From assembly GCA_040220235.1 (NCBI GenBank), contig JAVJTO010000123.1: a stretch of DNA of 64,000 nucleotides. One strand, written 5' to 3'. The position numbers and the translations under genes are program-made. Position 1 is the first letter of the stretch; each line of letters starts with the position of its first letter. A model generated the notes under the pieces. The model ran no database searches, was not told where the DNA came from, and worked only from the letters and a program-made list of their open reading frames with translations. The stretch is from Coleofasciculus sp. B1-GNL1-01. GTDB taxonomy: Bacteria > Cyanobacteriota > Cyanobacteriia > Cyanobacteriales > Coleofasciculaceae. This document shows, in pieces, positions 50,301 to 59,763 of this stretch.

Positions 50301-53300
50301 GATAATTTCTCCGGGAATAATGTCACCAAAGGCATCAAGTTGAATATCTCCCGCGTTGCCACTTCTGGAATCAGTTGCCAAATCTCCCTCAGTAGTGTCT
50401 ATTGTTCCATTTGTACTGGTAAGGTGGATAAGTGAGCCATTGCCCGATTCGGCACTCGAGTTTAAGGTAGCCGTGCGAATATCACCTCTAGCCGTGAAAA
50501 TAATGGTTCCGGCATTACCTGTGCCACCTGAATTATCCCGAATTTGAGAGGTGACATTCCCCCCAGTGGTGTCAATCTCTCCCGCCGTGCTAGTGAGGGT
50601 GATGTTTCCACCATTGCCTGCACCCTCTGTCTGAGAATCTATCTCACCCGTTGTGATGTTACCGTTGGCAAACAAGGTGATCAACCCACCATTTCCGGCA
50701 CTACCAGAACCAGAGTTCGCGGCAGATAAGAGATTGCCCGTGTTAATGCTGCCGTTGGTGGCGCTAATATTAATCGCGCCTCCATTTGCGGCACTCTCAG
50801 AATCCGAGCGTGAGTCAGAACTCAAGTTGCGCGTGTTAATGCTACCGTTCGTGGTATTCAGGGTAATCGCCCCCCCATTCCCGGCATCGCCCGAATTAGA
50901 GCGTGAATCAGACCACAAGTTGCGCGTGTTAATGCTGCCGTTGGCTGTGACGAGACTAATTGTGCCTCCATTTGCTGCTGTTCCCCCATCATCAGAGACC
51001 GAGTTAGCGTATGCATCATCATCGATAGTGATATCATTAGCGGCACTGAGATTAATATTTCCCCCATTTGCTGCATTACCCGAACTAGACCACGAGTCAG
51101 ATAACAACAAACCTCTGATATTAATTCCATCGCCGCTTTCAATGCGAATATTCCCCGCATTTCCTGTATTGCCAGAAGAAACAGAACGAGCTCTAGAATT
51201 TAAGGTATTTGTGGAAATGTTACCGTTAGTGGCACTGAGGCTAATATCTCCCCCATTCCCGGCATTGCCCGAATCAGACCACGAGTAAGAATCTAAACCA
51301 CCAGTGATAGTGATATCGTTAGCGGCACTGAGGCGAATATCTCCCCCATTCCCGGCATTGCCATCTACAGACTGCGAGTAAGAGAACAAATTCCCAGTAA
51401 TATTGATGCCGTTTGCGGCAGTTAGACTAATTGCACCACCATTGTCTGTATTATTGGATAAAAAAGAGTACGAGTGCGAGTACAAATAACCAGTAGAAAT
51501 GCCGCCCTTAGCGGCACTCAAGGTAATCGCGCCACCCTGACCCGCACGACCTGAATTAGAGCGAGAGACAGATTCCAAGTTACCCGTGTTAATGCTGCCG
51601 TTCGTGGTATTCAGGGTAATTGCGCCACCCTTTTCTGTATTGCCAGAATCAGGAGAGAACGAGTAAGAGAACAAATTCCCGGTAATATTAATGTCATTAG
51701 CGGCATTCAAGGTAATCGCACCCCCATCTCCAGCATTGCCCGAATTAGAGCGCGAGTAAGAGAGCAAATTCCCAGTAATATTGATGCCGTTAGTGGCACT
51801 GAGGCGAATATCTCCCCCATTCCCAGCATTGCTATCTACAGACCGTGAGTAAGAATCTAAACCACCAGTGATAGTGATATCGTTAGCGGCACTGAGGTTA
51901 ATATCTCCCCCATTTCTGGCATTACCCGAATTAGAGAGAGAGACAGAATTTAAACTGCGTGTGTTAATGCTGCCGTTCGTGGTATTCAGGGTAATTGCGC
52001 CACCCTTTTCTGTATTGCCAGAATCAGGAGACCACGAGTAAGAGAACAAATTTCCGGTAATATTAATGTCATTAGCGGCAGTTAAGCTAATCGCCCCCCC
52101 ATTCCCGGCATCGCCCGAATTAGAGCGAGAGGAAGAGAACAAATTCCCAGTAATATTGATGCCGTTAGCGGCACTGAGGCTAATAGCTCCCCCATTTCCG
52201 GTAGTGCCCTGATTAGAGGAGTATGAATACAAAAAGCCATTGATGTTGATATCATCAGTAGCTTCCAGGCTAATATCACCCCCATTTCCTGCACTACCAG
52301 CAGAATAAGAACGTGAGTTAGATGCTAAAAAACCAGTGGAAACGCTGCCATTGTTGGCTTCAAGGCGAATTGTTCCTCCATTTCCGGCGATGCCAGTATC
52401 AGAGTATGAGGAAGAATTCAAATTCCCCGTGGTAATACTGCCGTTGGCAGCTTCCAGACTAATCACGCCCCCGTTTCCTGCATTCCCAGAATTAGACCAC
52501 GAGTCAGAAAACAAACCCTCGGTATCAATGCTGCCGTTAGTGGCACTAAGGCGAATATCTCCCCCATTTCCTGTATTGCCAAAAGAAACCGAACGAGATC
52601 TGGAGTTCAAGATATTTGTGGAAATGTTACCGTTAGCGGCACTCAAGGTAATCGCACCCCCATCCCCAGCATCGCCATCTACAGACCGTGAGTAAGAATC
52701 TAAACCACCAGTGATAGTGATATCGTTAGTGGCACTGAGGTTAATATTTCCCCCATTTCCGGCATTACCCGAATTAGAGTACGAGTAAGATAACAAACCA
52801 CCAGTGATAGTGATATCGTTAGCGGCACTGAGGCGAATATCTCCTCCATCCTCAGCGTTACCAGCCTTTTCTGAACGTGAGTCAGAGATTAAAGAGCCAC
52901 TGTCAATACTGCCATTGGCGGCACTGAGGCTAATATCTCCCCCATTTCCTGCATTACCTAAGGGAGAGAACGAGTAAGAAAACAAATCGCCAGTTTTAAT
53001 ACTACCGTTGGCGGCGATGCTAATTGCACCCCCTTGGGCATCATTGTCAAAGTTAGAGACTTGTTGTCCATTGGTGCTAATGAGTTGGGTATTCACATCC
53101 CCCGATGCCGCTTCCAGATCAACTATCCCCCCAACCCCATTAAACGGCTGTAAGACAACATCTCCACCAATCGTAATTCCCTCTGGCACATCTGTCGTAC
53201 TATAATCAGGTGCTGGAACCGAATTAACCCCCCCATAAGCCAAAGTATCCTGCCCCGATCGCATAATTAAAGCTGTACGTGTACTCAGTGTTTCCGTATC

Positions 53301-54386
53301 CGGTCCATCCGGTAACACATTCCTATCATCAGGTCCAGTAATGTTGATATCACCCTGAAATTGAATATTACCCATTGCTTCCACTAATAACGATGTCCCG
53401 GTATAGTTAGCTGCAACATCCACATTCCCAGTAGCACTAATAATCGGGTCATTAAGGCTGACAAAATTTGCCAGTCCCCCCGACACACTTTGAATCACAA
53501 AACTGCCACCACTGGCAAAACGAGCATCCCCAGAAATAATTCCATCACTCCTTAAGATTAAATCACCCCCACTCACAAATGGTGTCTGTGTCGGATGATT
53601 CAGCGCCCAAATATCAATACCGCCATTCCCCTGAATCGTTAGATTTTCACCCGCTTGTGCCAAAAACGGTGTCGCCACACTATCCCGCACTTTCACAGTA
53701 TCCTGGGCAAAAAGGGTTAAATCACTGCCAGAACGTAACTCTCCCTGTAAATCCAAATTCTCCCCATCTAAGGTCAGATTTCGTCCGGTGGTTAAATTCC
53801 CCCGATTCGTAATCTTACCCCCCGCCGCTTCTACAGCATTATAAAATAGCGCCCCAGGACTTACCGAGAGTAAACGACTACTCTTCGGTTGAGTCGCACT
53901 AAAAACCCCATCCTCACCCAACTCTATCCCTGATGCTGTGGTGGCGACAAAGGAACCTTCTATATCTAAACTGGCATTTTCGCCAAATAAAATCCCATTG
54001 GGATTGAGTAAAAATAGATTCGCTTCACCCAATACCCCTAACCTGCCCAATATAGTCGAGACATTATCCCCAGTAACACGGGAGAGGATATTTTCTATCC
54101 CATCGGGATTCGTAAAATAAACCCCTCTCCCTTCCCCAATATTAAACTCTAAGAAACTATGAAACAGATTCGCGCCGCGAGTGGCGCCCCCATCGATTCT
54201 GTCGCTGAGTATCTCCTGAATCAGCACATCAGGGGTAACCACAGAACTTTCTGCCCCCAGGGTATCATCCGGTATCACCTGGGCGAAGACTCCCTCATTT
54301 CCCCCGGTTACCAATACGCCGATTAAGCCGACAGTGCCAATGATAAACGACTGCCAACGCCCAGCCAACCTGTTTATTTTGATCAC
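47364..54386 (-). CDS. Filamentous haemagglutinin-like TPS exoprotein (2340 aa)
   Basis: TPS domain near-identical to 23617..28269; many GNAGNGGxIxLSAxN repeats; same C-terminal module; GTG start with RBS CAGGAG. Confidence 0.92.
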   Translation of the reverse strand: MIKINRLAGRWQSFIIGTVGLIGVLVTGGNEGVFAQVIPDDTLGAESSVVTPDVLIQEILSDRIDGGATRGANLFHSFLEFNIGEGRGVYFTNPDGIENILSRVTGDNVSTILGRLGVLGEANLFLLNPNGILFGENASLDIEGSFVATTASGIELGEDGVFSATQPKSSRLLSVSPGALFYNAVEAAGGKITNRGNLTTGRNLTLDGENLDLQGELRSGSDLTLFAQDTVKVRDSVATPFLAQAGENLTIQGNGGIDIWALNHPTQTPFVSGGDLILRSDGIISGDARFASGGSFVIQSVSGGLANFVSLNDPIISATGNVDVAANYTGTSLLVEAMGNIQFQGDINITGPDDRNVLPDGPDTETLSTRTALIMRSGQDTLAYGGVNSVPAPDYSTTDVPEGITIGGDVVLQPFNGVGGIVDLEAASGDVNTQLISTNGQQVSNFDNDAQGGAISIAANGSIKTGDLFSYSFSPLGNAGNGGDISLSAANGSIDSGSLISDSRSEKAGNAEDGGDIRLSAANDITITGGLLSYSYSNSGNAGNGGNINLSATNDITITGGLDSYSRSVDGDAGDGGAITLSAANGNISTNILNSRSRSVSFGNTGNGGDIRLSATNGSIDTEGLFSDSWSNSGNAGNGGVISLEAANGSITTGNLNSSSYSDTGIAGNGGTIRLEANNGSVSTGFLASNSRSYSAGSAGNGGDISLEATDDININGFLYSYSSNQGTTGNGGAISLSAANGINITGNLFSSSRSNSGDAGNGGAISLTAANDINITGNLFSYSWSPDSGNTEKGGAITLNTTNGSINTRSLNSVSLSNSGNARNGGDINLSAANDITITGGLDSYSRSVDSNAGNGGDIRLSATNGINITGNLLSYSRSNSGNAGDGGAITLNAANDINITGNLFSYSFSPDSGNTEKGGAITLNTTNGSINTGNLESVSRSNSGRAGQGGAITLSAAKGGISTGYLYSHSYSFLSNNTDNGGAISLTAANGINITGNLFSYSQSVDGNAGNGGDIRLSAANDITITGGLDSYSWSDSGNAGNGGDISLSATNGNISTNTLNSRARSVSSGNTGNAGNIRIESGDGINIRGLLLSDSWSSSGNAANGGNINLSAANDITIDDDAYANSVSDDGGTAANGGTISLVTANGSINTRNLWSDSRSNSGDAGNGGAITLNTTNGSINTRNLSSDSRSDSESAANGGAINISATNGSINTGNLLSAANSGSGSAGNGGLITLFANGNITTGEIDSQTEGAGNGGNITLTSTAGEIDTTGGNVTSQIRDNSGGTGNAGTIIFTARGDIRTATLNSSAESGNGSLIHLTSTNGTIDTTEGDLATDSRSGNAGDIQLDAFGDIIPGEIISTIYSSDPLARGGDITIVSENGVVRVENNHTIRSRTFGAGKGGDINLEGQSIFISNNSRLSATTFGQGDAGSVNIVAYDTVIIDKDSNIFSQVNTQGEGDGGSINITTGSLSVNTGASLSAPTFGQGNAGSVNINARHTVSFDDGKVFSSVAQGAVGQGGDINITARSLSLTNDAELFIATSGRGNGGSISIEADQLSLSSNAALIGDVNPGGEGRGGDINLNVKGTLSLTGGETAPTGESTRITLGVLTGGTGSGGDLNIRAGSLILTDGAIIKNSTQGQGDAGNIYVNADVVDILGSVPSSGLPSGLFTSTDTTFDAGDIVIDTQTFRIADGAALSARSKGDGQGGDITVNVGSTFEATGGGQLITTTFGQGQAGDIFVNATDQITISGSDPNYANRIAKFPNPIDPFVANGITETGPNSGLFANTEIDSTGNGGNIEIVTTNFNLTDNAQISASTSGSGKGGNLTVTAPEAVTIRGNGQLSVETTGDGAAGNLSIDTQRLNISDSASISASTSSANPSGVGGNITINATESFHLTNQASLLAQSTGAAKAGNVTINTEQLTADNGSITTSATATSLGEGGSIDVNASQINLKGTEIGLLAETEGVAPAGALTLQPFANGQNLTINLQDNAKISAATSGSGEGGSLSVTAPESITIRGQGQLSVETTGDGAAGNLTIDTQNLTITDGATISASTASPNPQGLGGNLTINASESFTLTNQARILAQSTGAAPAGTITVDTGQLSANNGSIETSATQSAGGAITITASDIRLFGDSDIRTDVASGVGGGGNITLTADTILAFADSDILAFAQDGKGGDITFNTPVFFGFAYAPAPKGTDPDTLDHNGRVDINATGAVEGVITLPDTSAVRNSLTPLSNNQIDTDKLIAESCIARRHEPKRGSFFITGTGGIPFRPGDLYVTPYQTGTVRSIPSQGDGEAGEESSSTRRPWKIGDPIIEPTGIYRLANGELIMGRLCGE

Positions 54387-54745
54387 GGCAAATGTCTCCT
54401 GAGATTAGTAATGAATTAAGCCATCGGGTTTTGATGTTTATCAGACGCACGTCGGGGTTTGGACAGATGTTGGTGATTGGGCGCACGTCGGGGAAAGGGC
54501 GCACGTCGGGGAAAGGGCGCACGTCGGTGCGCCCCTACGAATCTGGCAAAAGCGGGATGCTACGTCTGAATTCAAACCTAATCGTAAATTTGGTATCAAA
54601 TATGACAAAATGCCCCTGAATAATATCTTGGCAAACCCCAAGACTTGATCCCAATTATGCCAGTAAAGTTGATGGTTTTCTAGCCTTATTTTCCAACAAT
54701 ACCAGAACGCGACGGAACCTGTGATGCAGTTAAGTGCAAGCTGGA

Positions 54746-54803
54746 TTGCCGAATTCTGACAAGTGGGTTGCACAATTCAGCCAGGGGTATTGCCGAAAAC
54801 TGC
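54746..54803 (-). promoter_or_regulatory. 22-bp-phased operator array upstream of the large FHA gene, divergent from the CHAT gene
   Basis: TTGCCGAATTCTGA (54746), TTGCACAATTCAGC (54768), TTGCCGAAAACTGC (54790). Confidence 0.75.
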
Positions 54804-55142
54804 ATGGCGACAGGAAGACACCTGTTCCAGTTGTTGTCGGAAATGTCTGGAACAATCGGGAAGGGTATCTATCGATAACCTCTCGACAAAAGCCGCCCTG
54901 GGTTATTCAAGGGGTTTTTGTAGCTTGTGTTACTGTTTTGCTCTTTCTCGTTTCCAGCATCCCTCTAGGAAATGCTCTTGAAGAGTGGTTATTATTAAGA
55001 GGCGAAGTCTCCCTGAGCTCATTCCCTTCTCAAAACTGGGAATGAAGTAAACGAGGCAAAAAGCAAGTGTTAGTAACAAAAATTAATTTAATTGGAGAAC
55101 AAGCGGAAACCGATTAGAATTACAGTTAATCCGACGGTCACT

Positions 55143-55743
55143 AACTTGGACGCCGGGAAATCAATTTCCGGCTGAAAGCTAAAGTAAGCTAAAGCTTACT
55201 AAATTAAAGGCGTTGAACCCGTTTCAACGGGTTTGAGCTTTTAGCCCGAACTTGAGTTCAGGGCTTCTTGCGTGTTTGTCGTGAGTGTTTCAACTTGGAC
55301 GCCGGGAAATCAATTTCCGGAACCAACGCTAAAGTAAGCTAAAGCTTACTAAATTAAAGGCTTTGAACTCGTTTCAACGGGTTTAAGCTTTTAGCCCGAA
55401 CTTGAGTTCTGGGCTTCTTGCGTGTTTGTCGTGAGTGTTTCAACTTGGACGCCAGGAAATCAATTTCCGGCTGAAAGCTAAAGTAAGCTAAAGCTTACTG
55501 GATTAAAGGCTTTGAACCCGTTTCAACGGGTTTAAGCTTTTAGCCCGAACTTGAGTTCAGGGCTTCTTGCGTGTTTGTCGTGAGTGTTTCAACTCGGACG
55601 CCGGGAAATCAATTTCCGGCTGAAAGCTAAAGTAAGAATCGAGCTTACTAGACTAAAGGCTTTGAACCCGTTTCAACGGGTTTAAGCTTTTAGCCTGAAC
55701 TTTAGTTCAAGGCTTTTCAAGTGTTTGTCATGAGTGTTTCAAC
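55143..55743. repeat. Four tandem ~149-bp palindrome-rich repeat units
   Basis: Units start at 55143, 55292, 55442 and 55591; each has CCGGGAAATCAATTTCCGG, AGTAAGCTAAAGCTTACT, AACCCGTTTCAACGGGTT and AGCCCGAACTTGAGTTCAGGGCT-type hairpins. Confidence 0.92.
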
Positions 55744-55779
55744 GTTTATGGCGCTAAAGCGCAACTACGAACGAACGAA

Positions 55780-58404
55780 ATGAAAAGCCAACACCGCCGA
55801 TTCCGAATTCGCCCCTTTCTCCTGATTCTATTCCTGTGTAGTCTCACTTTCAGTTTGAGTCTAAGTCAGGTTTCCTTAACCCTTACCCCCCTCAAACTTA
55901 GCCCCATCGCCACCGCCCAAACACTGAATCCCGATCAACTCGTGGAACAAGGTATCCAACGCTACAAAAACGGTGATATTTACGACGCCATCGAACCTTG
56001 GCAAACCGCCTTAACCCACTACCAAGACACCAACAAAAGAGCCAGCGCCGCCATAGTTCAAGAAAACCTCGCCCGCGCCTATCAACACCTCAAGCAAAGC
56101 GAAAAAGCCCTCACCTATTGGGAAAATGCGATCGCCTATTATCGCCAAATCGCTGATACCCCCCAAGTAGCAAGGCTTCTCGTCGAAAAGGCACAAACCT
56201 ATACTAATATAGGACAACCCAGAACCGCGATCGCACTCTTATGTAATCCCTCCCCGAACGACTGTACCCCCGATAGCGCCCTCGCCCTTGCCCGTACCAC
56301 CCAAGACAAACCCACCGAAGCCGCCGCCTTGGGAAGTTTAGGTGAAGCCTTGCGGCTGCGAGGCGACTACAAAAGCGCCCTCACCCATCTGCAAGCCAGC
56401 TTAGATTTGGCAACAGAAATGGGTAATATCGCCTATCAAACCTCAACCCTAACTCATCTAGGCAATACCTACCTTAGCCTTGCCAACATCCATTATCGCC
56501 GCGCCAACTCTGCAACCATTCGCGGCGATACCATCGAAGCCGATAAACTCAAAAAACAAGCATTAACCTACGACACCGAAGCCCTCACCGTCTTTCAAAC
56601 CAGCCTCAACCTCGCCCAAACCCACAACGATCGCCTAGGACAACTGAGATCGCTCCTCAATACCATTACTCCAGAATACCGCACCCAGTCTACCCGCCAC
56701 GCCCTCAAACAAGCCCTCTCCCTCCTAGAAACCTTACCCGATTCCCGTGATCAAGTCTATGGGGCGATTGACTTAGCCCACTTCCTCAGTCAAGGAAACA
56801 CAAAGGCGACAACCCAATGTGTCACCCCAGAATCCCCCAGCCAAACCCTACACCTCCTGCAACAAGCCGTCGCCATCGCCCAACGCCTCCAAGACAATCG
56901 CGCCCAATCCTTTGCCCTAGGGGAACTCGGTCATTTCTACGAATGTCAGCAAGACTACTCCCAAGCCCTCAACTTCACCCAACAAGCCCGATTAGCCGCC
57001 GACCAAGACCTGCTAGCTAAAGATAGCCTCTATCTGTGGGAATGGCAAGCCGCACGCCTGTATAATGCCCAAGGAAACCCAACTCAGGCGATTGACACAT
57101 ACAACCGCGCGATCGCAACCTTAGAAAGTATCCGAGGTGATATTCTCCTCGCCAATCGCGACATCCAATTCGACTTTCGTGATACCGTTGACCCCCTTTA
57201 CCGACAACTCATCGAACTCAGATTAGAACGCGCCTCCCTCTCCTCAACTCCAACGTCTGAGAAAACCAAAACCCTCACCTCTGTTCTCAACACCGTTGAC
57301 TCCCTCAAATTAGCCGAACTTCAAGACTATTTTGGCGGCGATTGTGTCTTAACCGCCTTCAACCAAGAACGAGTAGATTTAGTCGGAGAAAACACCGCCA
57401 CTGCCGTCTTTAGTTCCATCATTTTACCAGACCGCACCGCAATTATCGCCAGTTTTCCCAACGGTGAAAAACGACTCACCTGGATAAACATTGACCGCGA
57501 AACCCTCAGACAAGAAATCAACACCTTCCGTCGCGGACTCGAAAGCTTTTTTAGAACCTATAACCCCCAACCCGCCCAGAAACTTTACGACTGGATTATT
57601 CGCCCCTTCGCCGCCGATTTAGACCAAGCCAACATCAAAACCTTAGTCTTCATTCAAGATGGTATCCTACGCAGTATCCCCATGGCAGCCCTCCACGATG
57701 GCGAGAACTTTCTAGTGCAAAAGTATGCCATTGCTACCACACCAACCTTAACCCTAACTGACCCCAAAACCCTCAACCGCGAAGACCTGCTAGCATTAGC
57801 TTTAGGATTAACCCAACCCGCGATTATCGAGGGTCGCGAATTTCCCCCTTTACCGAATGTTTCCTGGGAAATTAATCAGGTCAAAACCCTACTCCCTGGA
57901 AGCCAAGGATTACTGGATGAAGACTTCACCTCAACTCGCCTACAACAGGAATTAAACCAAACCGTTTACCCCATTCTTCATATTGCCACCCACGGCGAAT
58001 TTGGTGGTGATCCAGAAAACACATTTATTGTCACAGGAAACAATGAAAAACTCACGATTACTGAGTTGGATAGAAAGCTACGGACGGTTTCAAAACGTTC
58101 TGACCCCGTAGAACTCCTCACCTTAACCGCTTGCCAAACCGCTGCTGGAGATGACCGCGCCGCCTTGGGTTTAGCGGGTGTCGCGGTGCAAGCGGGTGCT
58201 AGAAGTGCTTTAGCTTCCCTTTGGTTTATTGATGATGCTACAACTGCCCAAATTGCCACGGATTTTTATGCTAATTTACGCGATTCTAGGATTAGTAAAG
58301 CCGAAGCACTTCGCATGGCTCAAGCCTCATTAATTGAAGCCGGAGGAAAAACCGCTCACCCCGCTTATTGGGCAGCATTTATTATGATTGGTAATTGGTT
58401 GTAA
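55780..58404 (+). CDS. Signal peptide - TPR - CHAT (caspase-HetF-like) protease
   Basis: N-terminal hydrophobic segment, TPRs, ILHIATHGEF and LTLTACQTA dyad, ASLWFIDD, HPAYWAAF. Confidence 0.92.
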   Translation: MKSQHRRFRIRPFLLILFLCSLTFSLSLSQVSLTLTPLKLSPIATAQTLNPDQLVEQGIQRYKNGDIYDAIEPWQTALTHYQDTNKRASAAIVQENLARAYQHLKQSEKALTYWENAIAYYRQIADTPQVARLLVEKAQTYTNIGQPRTAIALLCNPSPNDCTPDSALALARTTQDKPTEAAALGSLGEALRLRGDYKSALTHLQASLDLATEMGNIAYQTSTLTHLGNTYLSLANIHYRRANSATIRGDTIEADKLKKQALTYDTEALTVFQTSLNLAQTHNDRLGQLRSLLNTITPEYRTQSTRHALKQALSLLETLPDSRDQVYGAIDLAHFLSQGNTKATTQCVTPESPSQTLHLLQQAVAIAQRLQDNRAQSFALGELGHFYECQQDYSQALNFTQQARLAADQDLLAKDSLYLWEWQAARLYNAQGNPTQAIDTYNRAIATLESIRGDILLANRDIQFDFRDTVDPLYRQLIELRLERASLSSTPTSEKTKTLTSVLNTVDSLKLAELQDYFGGDCVLTAFNQERVDLVGENTATAVFSSIILPDRTAIIASFPNGEKRLTWINIDRETLRQEINTFRRGLESFFRTYNPQPAQKLYDWIIRPFAADLDQANIKTLVFIQDGILRSIPMAALHDGENFLVQKYAIATTPTLTLTDPKTLNREDLLALALGLTQPAIIEGREFPPLPNVSWEINQVKTLLPGSQGLLDEDFTSTRLQQELNQTVYPILHIATHGEFGGDPENTFIVTGNNEKLTITELDRKLRTVSKRSDPVELLTLTACQTAAGDDRAALGLAGVAVQAGARSALASLWFIDDATTAQIATDFYANLRDSRISKAEALRMAQASLIEAGGKTAHPAYWAAFIMIGNWL

Positions 58405-58474
58405 GGTATGCACAAACGCTATATCTATATACAGGGGAAGGGTACGGCAATGCCGTACCCCTACAGGTAGGTTA

Positions 58475-59269
58475 TCACCTATCTAATACCTCAACAATTT
58501 GTGTCAATCGCTGACCCTGTTCACTGCCATTTTCTGCTGCTTGTAAGTTTTCTAACTCAGCTAAATCCTTGAGTAAATCTTCAAGTAAAATACTTGCCTC
58601 ATTTCCTGATGCTAAAACTTCCGCTAATGCATCATACCATAACCCTGCCTCTGCATATCGCTTCGCTCTTTCTAGGGGATCAAGACTATCAGAAAATGTC
58701 CCTGGCGTCTGGACAACATCAATATCCGCCCCCGCTACTAAAGCGCTAGAGGGGGAGTTGGGGTTACACAGAAGCACAACTCTCCAACCATATCTTTGTC
58801 CAATTGATAAACCCGGTTTATCCTTTGGTAACGATAATGTCATGATTCCCGGAGAACTTTGTAGCGGAATTTCCTGGATTACGTTACGACTCCCATTTGA
58901 CCCATATTCATAGAGTTGAAAGATTATCTCATAAGATTGAGTATCCGGGACAAACCAAGCGAAGGTAGGGTGAGTGGAAGCCGTTTGTCCCACATGGCTT
59001 TGAGGGGCGAGGGCTGTTAAACTAATTTTTGCATCACCCGTACAACCGCCTCGTCTACCTTCTGAACCATCGCCAAAGGGCGACAGCAAATCATCAGGAG
59101 GTTGGTATAGTCTTGTTCCCGTTGAACCTGTATGAGCTGGATCAGGTGCGCCCTCTCCGTTTTTATCATCAGCTAAAGCGACACCACCTATTACCAAAGA
59201 TAAACTGAGAACAGCACCGATTACGAGTTTACCATTAAATTGTTTTGTTAGCCGCCATAAAAGTTGCAT
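58475..59269 (-). CDS. DUF928 domain-containing exported protein
   Basis: Signal peptide; RRGGC..LTALAP..T..HPTFAWFVP; YAEAGLWYDAL. Confidence 0.85.
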   Translation of the reverse strand: MQLLWRLTKQFNGKLVIGAVLSLSLVIGGVALADDKNGEGAPDPAHTGSTGTRLYQPPDDLLSPFGDGSEGRRGGCTGDAKISLTALAPQSHVGQTASTHPTFAWFVPDTQSYEIIFQLYEYGSNGSRNVIQEIPLQSSPGIMTLSLPKDKPGLSIGQRYGWRVVLLCNPNSPSSALVAGADIDVVQTPGTFSDSLDPLERAKRYAEAGLWYDALAEVLASGNEASILLEDLLKDLAELENLQAAENGSEQGQRLTQIVEVLDR

Positions 59270-59290
59270 AATTGTCTTAGTTATTTAACG

Positions 59291-59408
59291 CTTTATTTAC
59301 AGCCTACAACCCAGGACTTGTGCATCTGATGCCTATAAGTGTAAACCTAATGACAGAATTGGGATGGTTTGCTCACAAGTTCCCGTTATTGTCCTGGCTG
59401 AAAACTAC
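59291..59408 (-). promoter_or_regulatory. Degenerate copy of the operator array upstream of DUF928
   Basis: CTTTATTTAC at 59291; TGACAGAATTGGGA at 59351; TGGCTGAAAACTAC at 59395 (44 bp from 59351). Confidence 0.55.
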
Positions 59409-59763
59409 ATAGCCTGTCCTGTCCTAAAGATTACCCAAAATTGCAATTCTTTAAACCCTATTGTTTCAGGCATTTTTTTCAGAGTGTTTGACCGGACAGG
59501 ATAAGCTACACGGCTGTTTCAGACGTAGCAGGCTACGTCTAAAACAACGTTACCCCAATCTAGGATAATCTTATCGATAAAAGTTCAGGAAATGTTCAGG
59601 AAAGTTCAGGAAAGTTCAGGAAAAGTTGACAGCTAATATTAAGTTGCGTTAAATAAATAGGGCTAAAACCTTTATCAATGACCTTTTTTAAATTATTTTG
59701 ACGAATAACCCTCAACAGGTTATGTATCTTTGTTGAAACTCAAAGGGTATGACTTCCTCAACA

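Noticed and set aside
24083..54120. Many short ORFs nested in or antisense to the FHA, ABC and HEAT genes
   Set aside because: Shadow frames of long, well-supported genes.
55143..55743. Possible CRISPR array
   Set aside because: Units are near-identical over their whole ~149 bp with no unique spacers, and no cas genes are in the window.
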